A stretch of DNA of 50,924 bases, the filler included, from Circinaria calcarea (lineage: Eukaryota): the NCBI GenBank assembly GCA_051942165.1. It is 2 parts of 2 records of this genome, joined end to end, with 100 filler letters (N's around TTAATTAATTAA, not from the genome) between each part and the next. Parts side by side here need not be neighbours in the genome. Positions count along the whole stretch, not along the records: positions 1 to 25,436 come from JAVECS010000094.1; 1 more part is not named here. One strand, given 5' to 3'. Within the stretch, counting starts at the first letter, position 1. The number at the start of each line of letters is the position of its first letter. A model generated the notes under the pieces. It ran no database searches. It was not told the DNA's origin and saw only the letters and a list, made by a program, of their open reading frames with translations. The position numbers and the translations under genes were made by a program. Below are positions 1 to 11,949 of the stretch, piece after piece.

Positions 1-1876
<1,876 letters not shown>

Positions 1877-2385
1877 GATGGGCTCGAGGAGTCGCTCTTA
1901 GAGTGAGCTAGACAGATGAGAAATAGGATGAGTCGAGCGTTGCGTAAGACCATTCAAATTCAAGATTCCGTTAGCATCTCAGAAAGTATTGATACTCTCT
2001 GGGCAGAAGCTCCGCTTTCATGTCCAGAAGCACATTGACCTCATGAGTGTATCCACGACCTACGGAATCGCCCCGTGAGTGAATTGTGAAGATGAAGTGA
2101 AGAGGCAGTTTGGTGGATTCAAGATCTTGGCAAGGCTTAGCGGGCTTCTCTACTCACTGTCTAACACATCCTATCCGCTATGGACGGAATACAAATTGCA
2201 AGTCATTGTTAAGGACGTTCATACCTTCTCTATATACGCATTCTTCTACGACACCGCCTAGCTCTATTGACTGTTGTCTCTGACTCATGGCGCTTTACTC
2301 TTATCTATATTAATCTGTAGAATACGAGCAACAATAGAACATTGTACTTCGTATCTCATTGATACTCTATCTTACTTTCCAATAG

Positions 2386-3424
2386 TCACTGGCCTTCGAC
2401 CTTGGGCTTGATCAATCCTTCAAGATCGCCAGTCTTCTTAAGCTCATCAAAGTTTGGACGTGGGATTTCGAATCCTGGCAGCGCCCGTCCATACGTGATT
2501 CCCCCGAACCTACTTACAGGCCTGAGAATGGCCGGATCTATTATATTCTTGTCTTCATTGATTGAGTCTTCTCTAGCCCAGAATCTTGTTCCTTCGATAA
2601 TGGCTAGGACGCCGGTTTTTTTCCCTGGAGTCACTTTGCTCTCAAATTCCTTCGTCTCAACAAGCTTTCCTTCGACGGAGAAGACAGCCTCCTTGACGCG
2701 GGAGCACTTGACAGTCGTGCATGGTGCAGGATGCAAGCCCGAGACAGCCCATTCTGAGATCCCGTAAGGTGTATTGATAGATGTGCTGTTGGCAGCCTCG
2801 GCAAAGTGCTCAGAGACCATGTTGATACAACATTCACCAGTCTCCACGAGGTTCCGTAAAGTGTCTTTGGCATTGTCAAAGCCTCCTGCAAATCCGACTG
2901 TGAACAATGGGGGGTCCTTGGCTCTTCAGTCAGTGCTCAAGAGCATTACAGTTGCAAGACCTACATGATTGATGACTTGCGTGTAGCTGAACGGTGAAAG
3001 ATTCGTAGAGGTCCCTAGTCGGAGTCAAGGTCGACTTCTCCAACGGCGAAACAACCCCCCGTGAGAATTTCTCACCATCTTTCGACCGAGTGCTCAGGAA
3101 ACCTATAGGACGCGGTACAATTGAAGAAATCAGGAGTTTGTAGTTGAATATCGCCGGTCGGCCTTCTTCGTAGGGATCAATCTCGACATGCTCCTTCGTC
3201 AGGCTCTCCCCTCCATCGTTCCCTCCCTGACCTGGTTTCCAGTCGGGGTCTTTGGTCTTTGTCCACCTCCATTTGAGATCGTCGTCCCAATCTGGCCTCG
3301 ACGCTTGGACTTTGCCAAAATCCGGATGTGGGTTGCGCTGAACGGAATTTTCAGAGTCCATGCGCTGCTCCTGGGCAGAAGGATCGTGTTCACGCTGCTC
3401 GTCATCTCCGAAATGCTTCGTCAT
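2386..3424 (-). CDS. Flavin-reductase-like FMN-binding split-barrel protein (2 introns)
   Basis: Motifs RNPHPDF, YKLLISSIVPRPIGFLST, NLSPFSY, KDTLRNLVETGECCINMVSE and RPVSRFGGITY. Start is 3424 or the downstream ATG at 3361. Confidence 0.88.
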
Positions 3425-3763
3425 GGTGGCTGAGCCTTGTACCGCAAATATCAAGTTCCTCGAAGATAGAACAGGCGCCGATTTGCTCACGTTCCTAATA
3501 GTCCTCCGGCCCTGCGAAGATGCTGTTACTACTACTGCGTACCTAAATTGGATAGAAGCGAAGATTGTAGTTTGCAAACAACCTTAATGGCTGCATAGGG
3601 TTTTATCAACCTAATTGACTGTGACACGGTATCTCTAATATTTTAGCTATACTTGAATAGGTACACTTGACACTATGTACTTGGGTCTGTCATCGCCACG
3701 TATACTCTATGTACTTTTACAATGTACAGTCATATGAGCAGAAAACCATCATAGTGATGGTTG

Positions 3764-6082
3764 CTAATTCACAAATGTTCCTGGTTTCGACACAAAGTAC
3801 CTGCCTGTCGCTGTATCCTTTGTCGCGTTCGTCTGTACGGTCTGCCCTCCCTTCAGCGCTCCATTCTCAACCACCCCTCCACCCGGCACCGGGTTCCTCT
3901 GTAAAGCGTTAGCCCCATTGAGAACCGTGAAATTAGCCAAGCTGATCTCATTTGGGTTGCGGCTGACGAGCGTCGGCATTCCGAAGTAGTTTGCAACTAC
4001 GGATTCTTCGCTGAAATGGAGTTCGAAATAGCCGCGGTAATAGAGCTCAGAGTATTGGAGCTCGCGATTAGCCGCTATTAGGGCTGCGGACGCATTGTTG
4101 GCTCTGGCGAGGGTTATGTTTCGGCCGTCTAATAACCAGGAGTTAGAACTAAATATATGAATCGAAAGCATCAAATTCCTTACATGGTGAAGGGCTTGAA
4201 ACAGCTGTACCGGCAAACTCTGCGCTCGGAGTCAATATTCGACTATCCAGTATTAACAAGGGATCGTACCAACACCAATGGAACCTGCGCCAGTTATTGG
4301 GTCATAGGGATGGGTATCGAGCCAAACAAGATCGGACACCCAATTAGCGTGACTATCACCTACGCGGGATCATCAGCCCAACTCTCCATTGATAGAAGCA
4401 AGCGGTTAAAGTTACCAGCAATGACAATGTTATTACCGATTCCATTCTCGTACAGTGTTGCCAGCGTTCTATTCTTCGAAGCCAAGTAGCCGTCCCAAGC
4501 GTCGTAGTTAAGTGGATTGACGTTCCCATATGCAAGCGATTGATTCAAGCGGGAGAAAACTACAGCGAATCAATATGAGGCCAGTCAATAAAGGGCAGCC
4601 CCAGGCAGCACGCATACCTGTTTGGCTTCCAATCACCCGCCAAGTAGCTTTGCGCTTCTGAGATGAGATGAGCTGATTGAAGAACCAGTTCTCTTGTTGG
4701 CTACCCATCATTGAGCGGCTGGCTTCATTTGAGATTTGATGGATATAATCTGTGTTCCAGTAGAGATCCGTGATACTTCTATCATATCTATTTCACAGTT
4801 AGCAGGCGTACATCGTCAGTGTCTTTTGTTGATTGAAGGCGCTCACGCTCGCGTATCAAGCATTATCACGTCGAGCAAGGACCCGATCGAGAAGCTCCTC
4901 CAGATTCTCAAGTTGTCGTCCATTGAAACTTGGCGAATTGGCATCCACTCAAAATACGCACGCACTGCATTCATCTTGCGCTGATCCACACTAACACCGC
5001 CGTCTTTAATGAATGAGGCTTCGGTGTTGTTCAGTTCGCTTGATCCATCCCGATAGGTATTGTCGGCGATCTCATGGTCATCCCAGACGGGAATCCACGG
5101 GAATTGCTGATGACTGAGCAGTAAGTCTTGATCCGTGCGGTAGGTAGCAAGTCTCTTTCGGTAATCATATAAGGTGTAAATCATACGATCCGGCAAAGGA
5201 ATCCGTCCAATACTCTGCCCGTTACCGTAATCGCCATTTTTGTATTCGTATATGTAATCTCCCAGATGTAATACATAGTCGACCGAGTCCTTCCGTGCTG
5301 GATTACCGTAGGCGTTGAAGAAGCCGAAAGGAAAATTGCTGCACGAGTAGACCGCGAGGCCAATCTTGGTAACGCGGTCGTTTGGTGCAGGAGTCGTCTT
5401 CGTTCGTCCAAGGGGGCTTGCATTGGTTGACCCGCAGACATTGAACTGATAATAGTATTGGGTGTAGGGAGTGAGTTTCTGCGCTTCAACCTGTACGTTT
5501 TGTCAGTACTATACTCTGCAGTTTACGGAGAACAAGATCTGGACGCATGAGTCACGCCAATGCCCTCAAAATCAGGCGAGAAGGACGCCACCGCGTATCT
5601 GCCAGACTTGTCCTTCAAGCGTTCATCTTTACCTTGAGAGTATAGTCGACGTCTGAGCTAGTATAGGCTGTCCCCGAGTCCACTACGTTCTGGAGATTTT
5701 TGTCGGTGGCAACCTTGTACTGCAGACAGATGGGTGCTTTGGACACCGGACGTTTTTCATCGGTGCCATTGTATATCGGTACGGGATTGAAGAGTGGTAC
5801 GTAGCCGGAGACGGTTGTGTTGTCGTTGACATCGTCGAACATTGGGGAACATCGAGTCCAGAGGATGACTGAGTTAGGATACGGGTCACCGGAGGCAACT
5901 CCATGCGTGAAGTTGAGCGCCGAGGCCGGGACTGCAGCAGAGCCTGCATTCCGTTTGTTGACCTTGTGGATGGAGATCCCAAGAGAAGGGTGGTTCTCCG
6001 AGGGGCTTCGGTAATTGAGATTCCCGCTCCACGAAGCCGTAGTCACGGTCGCAAGACCAAGAAATGCTAAAAGACGAAGCAT
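3764..6082 (-). CDS. Secreted PhoD-family alkaline phosphatase (multi-exon)
   Basis: Signal peptide MLRLLAFLGLATVTTA. Motifs FTHGVASGDPYPNSVILWTR, LHLGDYIYE, WDDHEIADN, AVRAYFEWMPIR, MLDTRAYDRS and YDAWDGY. Confidence 0.95.
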
Positions 6083-6372
6083 TTTGCGCACGACAGGTAG
6101 AGAGACAATGTTTGAAGAACAACATGATGTTATATGTAGTTCTGCTCGAGCTTCTTTCCGCCATCTCTCGAGCTATCCAAGGTGCAGGAACACGGTCCTT
6201 CATCCGGCCTGGAGAGGTGATCATCAATCTGCCCAATCCCAACTTCTTAACTCGACATGCACTTCCGGAGGACCCCATGCTGCCGTCCCTCAGCTTCCAC
6301 TTTCAGCCTGGAGTTATGGGAGGAACTTGCGGAGAAAGAGATTCGCATCTACAAAAGTACGTCAGAACGCTC

Positions 6373-6378
6373 CACGTG
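6373..6378. promoter_or_regulatory. CACGTG E-box about 290 bp upstream of the PhoD ATG; candidate Pho4/NUC-1/PalcA site
   Basis: Exact CACGTG upstream of a phosphatase gene. It is only a 6-mer, so it could be chance. Confidence 0.4.
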
Positions 6379-6939
6379 CAATTCAACATGGCCAGCCATT
6401 GGCTCGAAGTAGACAAAGCGTGGGGATTGGCATGAATGACGTTCAGGGTCGGTGGGGTACACACGGGCCATTAGAGGCTACCTCTCGACATCGTCGTACA
6501 ATGGTACAAGAAGATATCGAGCCGAAGAGGCTATCACTAAGTCTACTATGCAGCTTGATTGACGCTCCTGAATTTTGATTCATTATAGAGTAATCCAGTT
6601 GCTGCTATCACATAATTGTTGATCATGACGTTACCAAAAGTAAACGGTGGAGAAGCCCTTTCCCACCATGCGCCAACTTGAAGCAGCGTAAAGCACAATT
6701 AGAAAGCAGGGGTTGAGAATAATGTCCAGAGGCTAGGTCGTTGTATCCAGATGAAGCAGATGAAGCAGATGAAACCAAATTTGTAAACAGCTTTGGAAGC
6801 AGAGATAAAGACAAATACCACCGACGCCTCCTTTCCCTCCGAACCCCGTGCAACCCCTTCCTCACGTCGTAACCCCAATCCGCTCGAATGACCTGATCAA
6901 AGTCAGAGGTGACCAGCAGACGTAGACCTGCACGGCTCA

Positions 6940-8408
6940 CTATTGACACAAGAGAACCTCCGCAAAGTGGATCACGGTTGGTACAATCGTGTTTCCAACC
7001 AGGTCAGTCATCGTCACCACCGGCGATATACACAGACGAACACGATATTCCGAGTTCCGGATGGTCAGAGGGTCTTCTCGCACAGCCGGGTCCCGGTTGA
7101 CCATCGATGAGGGGTTGAAGAAGCTTTTCGGACCGGCTACGATGAACTCAAAGGCATAGTACCTGTTCTGCGTATGCATGTCGACGGATAGCTTAAAAGC
7201 TTCTTGAAATATACAGTTGAGGTCATTGCTCGCCATATCTACGCCTGGGGTGAGAAGAGGCCTAATCTCCTCATAGATTCTAGTCGTCATGGTGTCTGCT
7301 TGCTGCTTTAACCATCCAGAGAAGCGTGGTTGCATCTTCATCTTGGTGACGGCTTCCGCAATGAGCTGTTGGTAAGCTGCGCGAGCGTAAACAGGCATGC
7401 CTGGTTGTAGATGCTTTCGATTCTCCTTGATGGCCTCCTCCAGCACGGCGTCAAAGCCTCTTATGACATGAAGCCTGAATACCCATTCGGTGAGAGCAGT
7501 ATTGACGTGGCGTGCAAGAAGAAAGTGGCGAGTGGAGCTAGAACCGAGTATCGTGGGGAATATGCTCGGATGAGATAGTTTGCCAAACGAAGCCGAGAGG
7601 TGATCAGGGAGGTCGTTATCGAGTATGGGGTTGGGCCGGCTTGCATTCTTCCAACAAAAATCTTCGACGAGTTTGAATAGTTGAGCTAGGTCTCTTGTGA
7701 AATCAATCTCCGTAGGGTTTCCTCCTTGTACCACCATAGTTCCTTCATTCAGGGAAAAATGCTGCTGTGACCAGGACACGGATGCTGCTGGAGGCACAAC
7801 CGGGGCCGAATTAGCCGATGGGTTCGCAGCGCGTACTTGTATAGCAGTTGGTGGGTTGTAAGTTGCTTTCGGGTTTAGAGGTACAGCTGGACCGCGGTTG
7901 GTCTGGGTGGGTGCCACAGTGGTATTGGTTGAGGTCTGCTGCTGATTCGAGCTTGGAAGAGGTGGTGCTGCCAGAGTGGGAGCGTTGTACAGCGGCGGTG
8001 GTCTCTGGTAAACGTTTGGTAAGGCCACTGTGGGCCGGTGGGGAGTCTCAAGGCGGCGGGGTGTCGGATTGGGAGGCCCCTTCTGGATCTGTTGGCTTTG
8101 CAGCCTGATCGTGGTGTCTCGTCTTCCGACGGCTTCTTCTAGCTCGGCCACCCTCCCCCGAAGCTTTTCCACCTCCGCCCGGGCCTCATCCCGCTCCCTC
8201 TCCACCATCTCCACGGTGGCCTCGAGACGCCCGATCCTCTGATGAAGATCGGGCGCCCCGCCCAGCCACCGCCCTCCAAGGGGTGCGTTCATCCGGTTGG
8301 CTAGACCGGAAGACTAAGTAGAGAAGTTAGCGTGGGTAAGAAAACCTAGGGAACTTCGTTGGGGTGACTTACACGCCCCCCTTGGAGGTGGGCGTTTGTT
8401 TGATCCAT
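6940..8408 (-). CDS. Uncharacterised protein (~469 aa): N-terminal coiled coil, Pro/Thr/Gln-rich linker, globular C-terminal domain
   Basis: 450-aa ORF extended in frame by exon ATG 8408 (MDQTNAHLQGGR) through the 59-nt intron 8372-8314 (GTAAGT...GCTAAC...TAG). Heptad-like segment LEATVEMVERERDEARAEVEKLRGRVAELEEAV. Confidence 0.8.
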
Positions 8409-8528
8409 CTCTTGGGAGGTGAATCAGGGGGTCACCTATGAGGTGAAAGTGATTGGTTAGCTGAACTGGATGTGAACGGGGAAGAGGATGTCCTACGTCG
8501 TCAAAGGTTAGTTGATTGGTCGGACGAT

Positions 8529-8630
8529 CAACGCAAAAACAGTGTCGGATGACCAGTGGAAGGAAAGTTGTCGAACAGTCAATGAAAAAACAGTATCAGA
8601 CGACCAGTGAAAGAAAAGGTGTCGGTCGAT
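8529..8630. repeat. Two tandem imperfect 51-bp copies
   Basis: caacgcaaaaacagtgtcggatgaccagtggaaggaaagttgtcg versus caatgaaaaaacagtatcagacgaccagtgaaagaaaaggtgtcg. Confidence 0.85.
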
Positions 8631-9449
8631 GGTTAAAGGTGAGATGGGGTTGTGCGTTGTGTTAAGCGAGTTCAAAACAATCATGGAGCCGCTAGTGGTT
8701 GTCTGCAATCTGAACAGCTCATGAATGGTGAGATGAAGTACTTAGTGCTTCATGTGGTGCTCTTTGTGTGCTTTTCAAGAAAGGAAAGGAAAGGAAAGGT
8801 AACGTTGTTGCAGGAAAAAGTTGATCACATTTAGATGCAAGCTGACTTACTTGAAGTGTAGGATGACCAACCTCCCAAGAGATTCACTGAACCAAAGTCA
8901 ATGTCAGCCAACTTTTTATTGCCATTCACAGTTGCCTGCACTCCTAACTGCAACCGCTGGAATCGCGACATGTGCTGTATGCCGATTCCCGACCTTATCG
9001 ATCAAAGTCTTGCTCTTCAGGCTGGCCATGTATTCAAGGCACTACCACATGGTCCATAAAAGGAAACCGTCTGCCAGTGTTCGCTGGTTGCTTGTGCAAG
9101 AAAGAAATTACAAACAACGCGGGGTATGCCTTTCCACAGAATCAAGAGGGATAGTAACTGACCCTTTGGTGAACCAACACCATATATAAGTGCTTCTACT
9201 TCTCAATGTTAGCGAGAATTCCATTACAGCGAGTACCACATCTGTCATCGACTTACAAAGCACGAACATTTCCGCTTCGCCCAAAGGGCAGTAAGAAAAG
9301 GCCCAAGACCAGTCTGGACGAAGTTGTTAGTAGCCTAGCAAAGTCATAAGAGATAGACACGAGGCTCATACCTTTGTATGGCCACTATGCCATAAGCACA
9401 GCGGCCCGTTCCACCAGAGTTGCCCCCCTCTGGCGAGGGAGGCCCAGAG

Positions 9450-9860
9450 AGGAGCCCCAAAAGGAAAAAGACCGTCCCCGAGGGATATCTGTGAGATATC
9501 CCTCGAGGAATGAAGAGTTGGCCCCCCGGAAGGGGGGCTCCAGAAAGAAGCCGGAAAAAGGATAAGAAACCGTCCCCTAAGGAATCCGGATTTGCTCCCC
9601 CAGAAAGGGGAGCTCCCTGAGGCAACTGGAAGAAGGGAAGAAGTCCTTCCCGAAAGGATAAGTGAAGCAGTCCTCGGGGTGACTGAGGATGGTCCCCCTA
9701 GACAGGGGCTCCAAAAAGAACCGGCCCCAAAGGACATCGAAAAAGGCAATCCTCGGAGGAAATGGAAAAATGTCCCCCTTGGAGTTGACGAGTTGCTTCC
9801 CCAAGAAGGGGAGCTCCAGAAAGGAACCCAAGACGAAAGTTTTGTCCCACCGGAATATCC
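9450..9860 (+). repeat. Degenerate purine-rich repeats, about 75-100 bp period, 4-5 copies
   Basis: Recurrent GGGG(A)GCTCC(A)(G)AAA core near 9534, 9607, 9706 and 9808, each preceded by a CCCCC-type run. Confidence 0.65.
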
Positions 9861-9983
9861 GGAGGGCGAAAAGACGCAGAGGAATGTCCGAAAGCGAAGC
9901 CCCAAGGAGAGAAAGGAAGCTAGTCCCAGAGGAAAGGATCCCAGCAACGCTGGTCCCTGTGTTGTATTCGGATTATGACGAAA

Positions 9984-10130
9984 GGGAACCAGCCCCAGGC
10001 GACATGGGAACCAGCCCAAGGAGGAAGGAGACCAGCTCAAGAAAGATGGGACCAGCCCGAAAGGAAGGGAACCAGTCCCAAGGAAGAAGGGGACCAGCCC
10101 GCAGGAGAAAGCACCAGCACCGCAGGAGCA
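9984..10130 (+). repeat. Minisatellite with ~21-bp unit, about 7 copies
   Basis: Units such as GGGAACCAGCCCCAGGCGACA, GGGAACCAGCCCAAGGAGGAA, GGAGACCAGCTCAAGAAAGAT and GGGGACCAGCCCGCAGGAGAA. Confidence 0.8.
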
Positions 10131-10524
10131 AGAAGTCCATGAATTTCTGGTCATGAAGACCGCTCCGAGACATCTCTGAGGTATAGAAGGGAGGCTTGGT
10201 TTGGTACTGAAAGCACAGCTGTCCCTCTGTATGTGGTTGCTTTTAGTGCAAGAGTGTTACATGCTCACACGAGGTGTACTCGTTTGTTGCCAGGAGATTC
10301 CATGCCATGATATTTCCCCATCATTCTCAGGGATGCGCAAAACAGTCCGCCCATCAAAGAGGAGCAACACTCCTGCCAAGAAGCATCTGAGCTCCGCAGG
10401 CCCACACCAAAAGCAGCGAGTCTATTAAGTTACGCGTCAGCTATGAAGACTGTCAGAGCAAGCGATCTCCACTTACTCGCTTGTGCTGTGCTTTATCGGC
10501 AGCACTAGTGATCATATATATACT

Positions 10525-10770
10525 GGTATGTGGGTATGGTGCTGGGTGGTAGTAGGGTGGGTGGGTGAGTGTCGTGCCTCCGTTGCTTGGTAGGTGGCTG
10601 AGTGTGTGGGGAGGTGGGTGTGGGAAGGTAAGTGGGCGTCTGGAGGCACATATGTGGGTATGAGGAGGTGAGTGTGGCGGTAGAGGGTGGAGAGGTGAGT
10701 GTCTGCGTGCGTGTGTATGTGGTGATGTCGTATCTGTGGCGAGGGGCGAGGTTGGACTGTTGTGGTGAAA
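10525..10770. repeat. Strand-asymmetric G/T-rich low-complexity tract
   Basis: Dense GGGT/GTG motifs and recurrent (G)TGAGTGT; very few C on the + strand. Confidence 0.8.
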
Positions 10771-10825
10771 GTGTCAAGGGTTATGCTACATAACCACAAC
10801 ACGATCAGAGTCAGCTAACGTCGCC

Positions 10826-11832
10826 ATGGACATTCAGTATGTGTTAGCAAGCTCTATGAGGGCCTTCGAGTGGTCCTCTGAGCCCTGTTGTGGTGAAACG
10901 GAGAGGGAGAGGAGGAGGAAGACGGGCTCTGAGTTGTTTGGCTTGAGGGGAACAGGTATGTTCAGGATTGCATTTCAAGGCATAACTCACCATTATATAT
11001 AGATGAGCTTGTCCACAGGTGCATTGAGAACGATGACGACCTTAAGCCATGTTGTCAAAGAGTGTGAAGAACAGGATGGTTGGTCGACAGTGGTGTGTGT
11101 GGCGAATATGGGAAAGGGAGGCTAAAGCGGAGATCTTTAAGTAACCTGTTCATGACAGTCACCGGCTGGAGTTACGATTCACTCTTACAGCTCCGTCAGC
11201 GTGCTATATCGAGATATGATGATGAAGCTCAGCTTCCTCTAGGATGCTCGAGGGTAGGCAGGATCTACGCATGGGCATGGTTGTCATAGCGATTTGGTAC
11301 CCCTGTTTGGTCAACGCAGTGCAGACAAGTTCATCATATCCTGCAAGCAGCAGCAGCAGCGGCAGCACACCTAGGAGATTGGGCTTGAATTTTGTCACTT
11401 CATACTCAAGCATCTTGTTCTTGTAATGAGATAGAAGATGGCTCAAACCCTTTCAATTTAAGGAGATAGCTAAAAAAACAAACTACCGCAGTTTGCAATG
11501 AGACCAAATGTGCACTTAGCATTTTAGACAGCAAACTCGTCTCCACCACCTTCTCAGCTACATTCCTGTGCCTAGAAGACGAATTCACACTTTAAGCCTG
11601 CCAAACCTATGCTTCATGTATGCAACAACACCGTGTCCTAAAAGATGTTAACGTTGAGGAAGCCCACAATGAAGACATTTGAAATCTCCATCCCTGGGAG
11701 ACCCAAATTCCAGTATATAGGGGTGCAGAAGGAACCGATCATGGGCCCCAGAGCTTCTGTCCAAGGGGAGGAGAGCCCTAAGTGCATGTACACTAGATGC
11801 AGCTGGTCAGATCTTTTCATTTAATGACCTGA
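10826..11832 (+). pseudogene. Possible two-exon pseudogene with multiple nonsense codons
   Basis: ATG 10826 opens 130 nt. Intron 10956-11002 (GTATGT...TAG) splices in frame to the 11080-11289 ORF. The frame continues with stops at 11065, 11287, 11386, 11467, 11593, 11680, 11779, 11794 and 11830. Cys/His/Gln-rich and CpG-poor. Confidence 0.3.
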
Positions 11833-11949
11833 ATTCTAAGTAGATTCCCAGCTCGAGCACACTATGTAACAACCGTTCCGTTCTATCAATAGAAATGGTG
11901 ACCTACCAGCGTTGTGTCCTACAAGCAACAACATATAACCACCACTAGC

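Larger units (their letters stand above)
8721..10507 (+). pseudogene. Probable decayed multi-exon gene with repeat-rich middle part
   Basis: Plus-strand intron-like elements (GTAACG 8799...GCTGAC...TAG 8861; GTATGC about 9124...ACTGAC...AAG 9190). Similar peptide units (LLPQKGELPE / LLPQEGELQK / GPPRQGLQKE) occur in frames broken by stops and frameshifts. Local CpG scarcity. Confidence 0.35.

Noticed and set aside
9450..10130. CRISPR-like repeat array
   Set aside because: Eukaryotic DNA, degenerate repeats, no constant repeat with unique spacers, and no cas genes.
9366..10154. 262-aa minus-strand ORF
   Set aside because: It is the antisense of purine-rich repeats, with F/S/P/L-biased composition; the splice signals lie on the plus strand.
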